From: Nitrospinaceae bacterium
GTDB lineage: Bacteria; Nitrospinota; Nitrospinia; Nitrospinales; Nitrospinaceae
Assembly (NCBI GenBank): GCA_965223665.1
Contig: OZ245011.1
Span: forward strand, 3,968,001 to 4,032,000
Length of the DNA: 64,000 bases
Direction of reading: 5' to 3'
Shown in pieces: positions 59,301 to 64,000 of this stretch (the stretch's first letter is position 1; each line of letters begins with the position of its first letter). The translations under genes were made by a program, and so were the position numbers. The notes beneath the pieces are model-generated. The model had not been told where the DNA came from and searched no databases. It was given only the letters and a program-made list of their open reading frames with translations.

Positions 59301-60017
59301 TTGTCAGGAAACAATGGTTTCTATTTTAAGCAAATGCTATCCGGGGTAGATTTTGGTATTGGAGATGTGTCCGCAAAAAATATGGCAAATTTTATTTACG
59401 TATTAGGGGATACTCATACTAAAGAATGTGTTGTGGTAGATCCAGCTTGGAATGTGGATGATATTTTAAAAGTAGTTGAAGAAGACGGTATGAAATTGAC
59501 GGGTGCTTTAGTGACTCATTACCACCCGGATCATGTAGGAGGCCACATTTTTGGAATGGATATTCTTGGGTTAGCGCAACTAATGGAGAAAACACCTGTT
59601 CCTATTTATGTTAACAAACATGAAGCGGAAGGTCTTCACCAAGTGACAGGGGTACCCTTGTCTGAAATGAAAAAGATGGATAGTGAGGATCGTTTGAAAG
59701 TGGGAGATATAGAAATATCATTTCTCCATACCCCGGGTCACACTCCAGGATCTCAATGTTTTAGAGTTAAAGACTATTTAATAGCTGGAGACACGCTTTT
59801 TTTGCAAGGATGTGGTAGAGTGGATTTGCCAGGTGGTGATAGCGAAGAAATGTACCATACCTTAACCAAACGTTTGTCCAAAATCCAAAATGAGATTATT
59901 CTTTACCCTGGCCACAATTATGGAGGAGGAAATTCTGCAACCATGGGTGAGGTGAGAGATACAAATTCTTATTTGCAGATCAATTCTTTGGAACAATGGC
60001 GAATGTTTATGGGTTAA
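59301..60017 (+). CDS. Metallo-beta-lactamase fold hydrolase (glyoxalase II-like)
   Basis: VVDP, THYHPDH, TPGHTPG, GDTLF..GCGRVD, YPGH. Confidence 0.9.
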   Translation: MSGNNGFYFKQMLSGVDFGIGDVSAKNMANFIYVLGDTHTKECVVVDPAWNVDDILKVVEEDGMKLTGALVTHYHPDHVGGHIFGMDILGLAQLMEKTPVPIYVNKHEAEGLHQVTGVPLSEMKKMDSEDRLKVGDIEISFLHTPGHTPGSQCFRVKDYLIAGDTLFLQGCGRVDLPGGDSEEMYHTLTKRLSKIQNEIILYPGHNYGGGNSATMGEVRDTNSYLQINSLEQWRMFMG

Positions 60018-60088
60018 CATTTGTTTTTTTACTCTGATGAAATATGGGAAAATCTCAGATGGCGTTTGAAAAAAATAAGGAATAAATT

Positions 60089-60760
60089 ATGCGATCTATA
60101 CTTTCAATGTTTGCGAAGTCTCCCTTCAAACCATTAGTCAGTCATATGGATAAGGTGAGGTCTTGTGTAGACCAACTAAAACCACTTTTAGAGGCTCAAA
60201 TTTCTGGTGACCATGAAAAAGTGATAACCCTTTCCGAGCGTATTCATTTATTGGAGCATGAAGCGGATACGATAAAAAATGATATACGGGGTCATTTACC
60301 ACAAAGTATGTTTTTAGCTGTGGATAAAAGAGATTTTATGCACCTGTTATCCGCTCAGGATGATATTGCAGATGCTGTTGAAGATTTAACCGTGATTTTC
60401 AGTATAAAAAAAATAGATACCCCAAGTGCAATAAAAGAACCCTTATTGGATTTAGTCGACCATGTAGCCTTCAGTGCCTATAGTGCTTGTGATCTTATCA
60501 ATGAAATTGATAATTTGTTGGAGGCTTCCTTTGGAGGTGTTGAAGCTGATAAAGTTGAAGCCGGTTGTCAAAAACTAGCCGAATATGAATGGAATGCAGA
60601 TAAAAAACAATTAGTTTTGGCAAAAGTTTTATTTTCCTTAGGTGACTCCATTTCTTGTCCCGATTTGATTCTATGGAATGAAGTCAGTAAAAAACTTGGA
60701 AATGTTGCCGATGAGGCAGAAAAAATTGGCAAAACCTTACGCGTTTTTCTGGCCAAATAA
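60089..60760 (+). CDS. DUF47 / TIGR00153 phosphate transport regulator (PhoU-like)
   Basis: FAKSPFKPL, LEHEAD, QDDIAD; directly upstream of pit. Confidence 0.9.
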   Translation: MRSILSMFAKSPFKPLVSHMDKVRSCVDQLKPLLEAQISGDHEKVITLSERIHLLEHEADTIKNDIRGHLPQSMFLAVDKRDFMHLLSAQDDIADAVEDLTVIFSIKKIDTPSAIKEPLLDLVDHVAFSAYSACDLINEIDNLLEASFGGVEADKVEAGCQKLAEYEWNADKKQLVLAKVLFSLGDSISCPDLILWNEVSKKLGNVADEAEKIGKTLRVFLAK

Positions 60761-60812
60761 TCTTTCCCTTTAAAAAGCTATATTGAATTGATCATTACTC
60801 AGGAGTGATAAG

Positions 60813-62063
60813 TTGGACATAAATAGTATTCTTCTGTTTCTAGCTATTCTAGCGTGCGTATATATGGCATGTAATATTGGGGCGAATGATGTTGCAAATG
60901 CTATGGGCACAAGTGTAGGCTCGAAGACTCTTACATTTAGACAAGCGGTTATGGTTGCAGCCATTGCTGAATTTGTCGGAGCAGTCATGGTAGGGGGCCA
61001 TGTTTCTGATACGGTTCGAAAAGGAATGGTAGAGCCTCAAATATTTGCAGATGAACCCATGCATCTTGTGTATGGAATGATTGGAGCCTTAATTGCTTCT
61101 TCAATTTGGCTTCATATAGCAAGCTATTTAGGTTGGCCTGTTTCTACTACTCATTCTATTGTTGGCGCAATTGTGGGATTTGGTGCTATTGCCGGAGGAA
61201 TGGATGCAGTTAATTGGAATAAAGTAGGATCTGTAGTCATGAGTTGGGTTGTATCGCCGGTAATGGGAGGGGCGGTATCATTTACTTTATTTCGGTTTAT
61301 TTCAAATAATATATTAGATAAGAGAGATCCTATAAGTCAGGCAAAAAAGTGGGTCCCGTTTTTAGTGTTTTTGGTATTTGTGATTTTGGCAAATTCAATG
61401 GTTTACAAGGGCCTTAAAAACTTGAAGTTGGATATGGATTTGACACAATCAATTCAAATTAGTGTGATTGTGGGTTTGATAGCTTTTGCGGTAGCTAAGC
61501 TTTTGGTTCAAAGGGTTAAACCAGTTGCTCTTGATAATATTACAGAGCAGTTTGCAAAAACCGAGCATATTTTTAAGTTTTTACAAGTCTTAACAGCATT
61601 TTATGTTGCATTTGCTCATGGTGCTAATGATGTGGCAAATGCTGTAGGTCCTTTAGCCGCTGTAGCTGCTATTTTAAAGGATGGAACAGTCCATATGAAA
61701 GTGGCCATGCCCTTATGGATTTTAGCTCTTGGAGGTAGTTGTATCGTTATTGGTTTGTTAATTTGGGGAGCGAGGGTTATGGAAACTGTAGGAAAAAAAA
61801 TTACGGAAATTACTCCCTCGCGTGGTTTTTCCGCCGAGTTCGCTGCAGCAACAGTTGTTTTAGTTTGTTCAAAAATGGGGCTTCCCATTTCTACTACTCA
61901 TACCCTTGTTGGTTCCGTTATAGGTGTGGGTTTTGCGCGAGGACTTGCCAGCCTTAATTTAAGTATTGTTACTCGCATTGTTGTTTCTTGGTTTGCAACA
62001 GTACCTTTTACAGCAATTTTAGCTATGATACTTTACAAAGGATTTATCATTATTCTAGGATAA
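60813..62063 (+). CDS. pit: Inorganic phosphate transporter, PiT family
   Basis: Two GANDVANA motifs, PVSTTHS and PISTTHT. Confidence 0.95.
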   Translation: MDINSILLFLAILACVYMACNIGANDVANAMGTSVGSKTLTFRQAVMVAAIAEFVGAVMVGGHVSDTVRKGMVEPQIFADEPMHLVYGMIGALIASSIWLHIASYLGWPVSTTHSIVGAIVGFGAIAGGMDAVNWNKVGSVVMSWVVSPVMGGAVSFTLFRFISNNILDKRDPISQAKKWVPFLVFLVFVILANSMVYKGLKNLKLDMDLTQSIQISVIVGLIAFAVAKLLVQRVKPVALDNITEQFAKTEHIFKFLQVLTAFYVAFAHGANDVANAVGPLAAVAAILKDGTVHMKVAMPLWILALGGSCIVIGLLIWGARVMETVGKKITEITPSRGFSAEFAAATVVLVCSKMGLPISTTHTLVGSVIGVGFARGLASLNLSIVTRIVVSWFATVPFTAILAMILYKGFIIILG

Positions 62064-62106
62064 AGAGTGATTTAAAAACAATACACAGAGTTTCAATAAA
62101 ATACTT

Positions 62107-62898
62107 ATGAAAGTTCTGGGACAAGTAAGAAAAATGACGCATGAAGCGTCGGATCCAATCCAATATTATCTTAGCTTAGATGACAAACCTACACCCTTAA
62201 ATCCTGCCTTAGGTAAGGAACTAAAAATTCAGTTTAAAAATAAGATTACTTGTGTTGCTTGTGGAAGAAGCATAAAAAAGACATATGATGAAGGATATTG
62301 TTTTCCCTGCGCCCGCGATTTACCTGAGAATTCTATGTGCTCGGTCCGTCCTGAAAAATGTGAGCACGAGCATGGAAATGAACAAGATCAAGAGTTTTTC
62401 AAAAATTATTGTAATGTTGAGCATATAGTCTATCTGTCACTAACCTCGGGAGTAAAAGTAGGAGTGACAAGGCATTGGAATGTTCCCTCTCGCTGGATTG
62501 ATCAGGGGGCGGTGCAGGCTCTAATTATAGCTAAGACCCCACAGAGAAAATTAGCAGGTCTCATTGAAGTTGCTCTTGCTCAAAAGATGGCAGATAAGAC
62601 CAATTGGCGAAAAATGTTAAAAGGGGAGGTGGATGAAGTAGATCTTATTGAAAAACGAAATGAAGTATTTTCCTGGTTCCCGAAGAATCTCAAAAATTAT
62701 TCTATTGAAAATGAATCAATAAAAAGCTTTCATTACCCCGTCCAGCAATTTCCTCAAAAGGTGGTAAGCCATAACCTGGATAAAGAACCTGAGTTAACGG
62801 ATCGGTTAGTTGGAATAAAGGGGCAATATATAATTTTTCAGAACCGAGTGATTAACCTGCGCAAATATACAGGATATCACCTCGAATTTTCCTTTTAG
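62107..62898 (+). CDS. DUF2797 family protein
   Basis: CVACG..GYCFPC, HIVYL, KVGVTR..RWIDQGA, DKTNWRKML, GIKGQY. Confidence 0.88.
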   Translation: MKVLGQVRKMTHEASDPIQYYLSLDDKPTPLNPALGKELKIQFKNKITCVACGRSIKKTYDEGYCFPCARDLPENSMCSVRPEKCEHEHGNEQDQEFFKNYCNVEHIVYLSLTSGVKVGVTRHWNVPSRWIDQGAVQALIIAKTPQRKLAGLIEVALAQKMADKTNWRKMLKGEVDEVDLIEKRNEVFSWFPKNLKNYSIENESIKSFHYPVQQFPQKVVSHNLDKEPELTDRLVGIKGQYIIFQNRVINLRKYTGYHLEFSF

Positions 62899-62907
62899 CA
62901 ATTCCAA

Positions 62908-63801
62908 TTATGCAGCTTGTTTTATGACTTCTCCGGTGAGAAATCCTTCAGGATTTTTTGTATTTCCATTTTGTAGTTGTACAACTTTTATTTGTGTCGC
63001 TAACCCAAGTTTTTTAAGCAGAGAAATAAACATCCAGGTTAGATCAATTTCCCAGGGGCGCAGGCCATGCCGGGCAGATTGTGGAAATGCATGATGGTTA
63101 TTGTGCCAGCCTTCACCAAATGCAATAAGGCCTACCCACCAGCAGTTGGTGGATAAATCCTTATCTAGCTTGAAATTACGGTAACCAAACATATGAGCCG
63201 CACTATTGACAAACCAGGTTTGGTGGTAAACTAAAACAAGTCTGACAAAGATTCCCCAGACAACCCAAGGTATTCCGCCTATGGCAAATAATAGTAATCC
63301 CAAAGCCACTTGGATTTTAATAAAGTGGTTATCTAAAAATTGATAAAATTTGTCGTCGCAGATGTCTTTGGAGTAAGTTCTTATTTTCTCTGGAGCGTCC
63401 CATTCATCGTTCCAATAGAGCATCCACCCTACATGGGACCACCAAAATCCTTTGTTGGCATTATGTGGGTCTTTTGGTGTGTCCGAGTTTGAATGGTGTA
63501 ATCTATGTTGAGCTACCCACTTAATAGGACCATTTTCGCACGCTAGTGAACCAATAAATACCAAGGTATAAGCTACCCATTTGGGGACTTCAAGGCTACG
63601 GTGAGTTAAATAGCGATGAAATCCTAAACAAATTCCCAATGAGGCGGTCATCCAATTCAGGACAAGCATTACTGCCACGGCGCTCCAGGAAAAAGCAAAA
63701 GGAAAGAAAGCCAAAAGAGCCATTAAATGTAAAAATATAAAAAAAGAGGCGGTAACGGTAGCAAATTTATTATTAGGTTTAATTGTCCTGATTTCTGCCA
63801 T
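62908..63801 (-). CDS. Membrane fatty acid delta-9 desaturase (DesC/OLE1-like)
   Basis: His boxes HRYLTH, HRLHH, HNNHH; GFWWSH; FVNSAAH. Confidence 0.93.
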   Translation of the reverse strand: MAEIRTIKPNNKFATVTASFFIFLHLMALLAFFPFAFSWSAVAVMLVLNWMTASLGICLGFHRYLTHRSLEVPKWVAYTLVFIGSLACENGPIKWVAQHRLHHSNSDTPKDPHNANKGFWWSHVGWMLYWNDEWDAPEKIRTYSKDICDDKFYQFLDNHFIKIQVALGLLLFAIGGIPWVVWGIFVRLVLVYHQTWFVNSAAHMFGYRNFKLDKDLSTNCWWVGLIAFGEGWHNNHHAFPQSARHGLRPWEIDLTWMFISLLKKLGLATQIKVVQLQNGNTKNPEGFLTGEVIKQAA

Positions 63802-64000
63802 GAGACACCTTTATAAACGAGTAATTATTTTATGGGTAAAAAAATGAAACGAGTCTATAACTATAGAGTGTTTTAATACTTTATTAGGATAATAGAGAAA
63901 CGTTGGATTTAATGTAAAAGTTATGTAAATTGGCTAAATCGGGTATTTGTTTTATTTACCGATAATTTAAGCATTTTGTGGTGTAATAAGAGGAGGAAAT

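Noticed and set aside
1-64000. CRISPR array, IS/transposase, integrase, prophage, tRNA or rRNA
   Set aside because: No regularly spaced direct repeats, no mobile-element or phage protein motifs among the ORFs, and no cloverleaf or rRNA signature seen by eye.

Overview
AT-rich bacterial chromosomal segment, densely coding (about 60 CDSs), with no mobile element, CRISPR array, tRNA or rRNA detected. Core genes: ruvCAB-yebC, yajC-secDF, aspS, a DHH-CBS tRNA nucleotidyltransferase, RNase P RNA (rnpB), plsC, DUF47-pit and a delta-9 desaturase. Fe-S and redox genes: apbC/mrp, ygfZ-TPR, iscA-type, bolA, monothiol grx, a Prx-like protein lacking the catalytic Cys, and two Dsb loci. Energy-metabolism genes: a soluble FrdBA-like pair, a NapG/MauM-like polyferredoxin, a tetraheme cytochrome c fusion, and a TorD-family chaperone next to an EbdC/NxrC-like heme b subunit. 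This combination suggests a Nitrospinota-like nitrite oxidiser (inference, not tested). The most interesting locus is 28991-31273. A secreted Cys/Met-rich leader peptide ending in HPPK has its stop codon followed directly by an 11-nt anti-Shine-Dalgarno sequence, complementary to the RBS of an uncharacterised, internally duplicated His-rich lipoprotein. An outer-membrane beta-barrel gene follows. This is a candidate metal-responsive, ribosome-stalling-controlled system of the CutF/CruR type. All family assignments are from motif recognition by eye; no searches were run.
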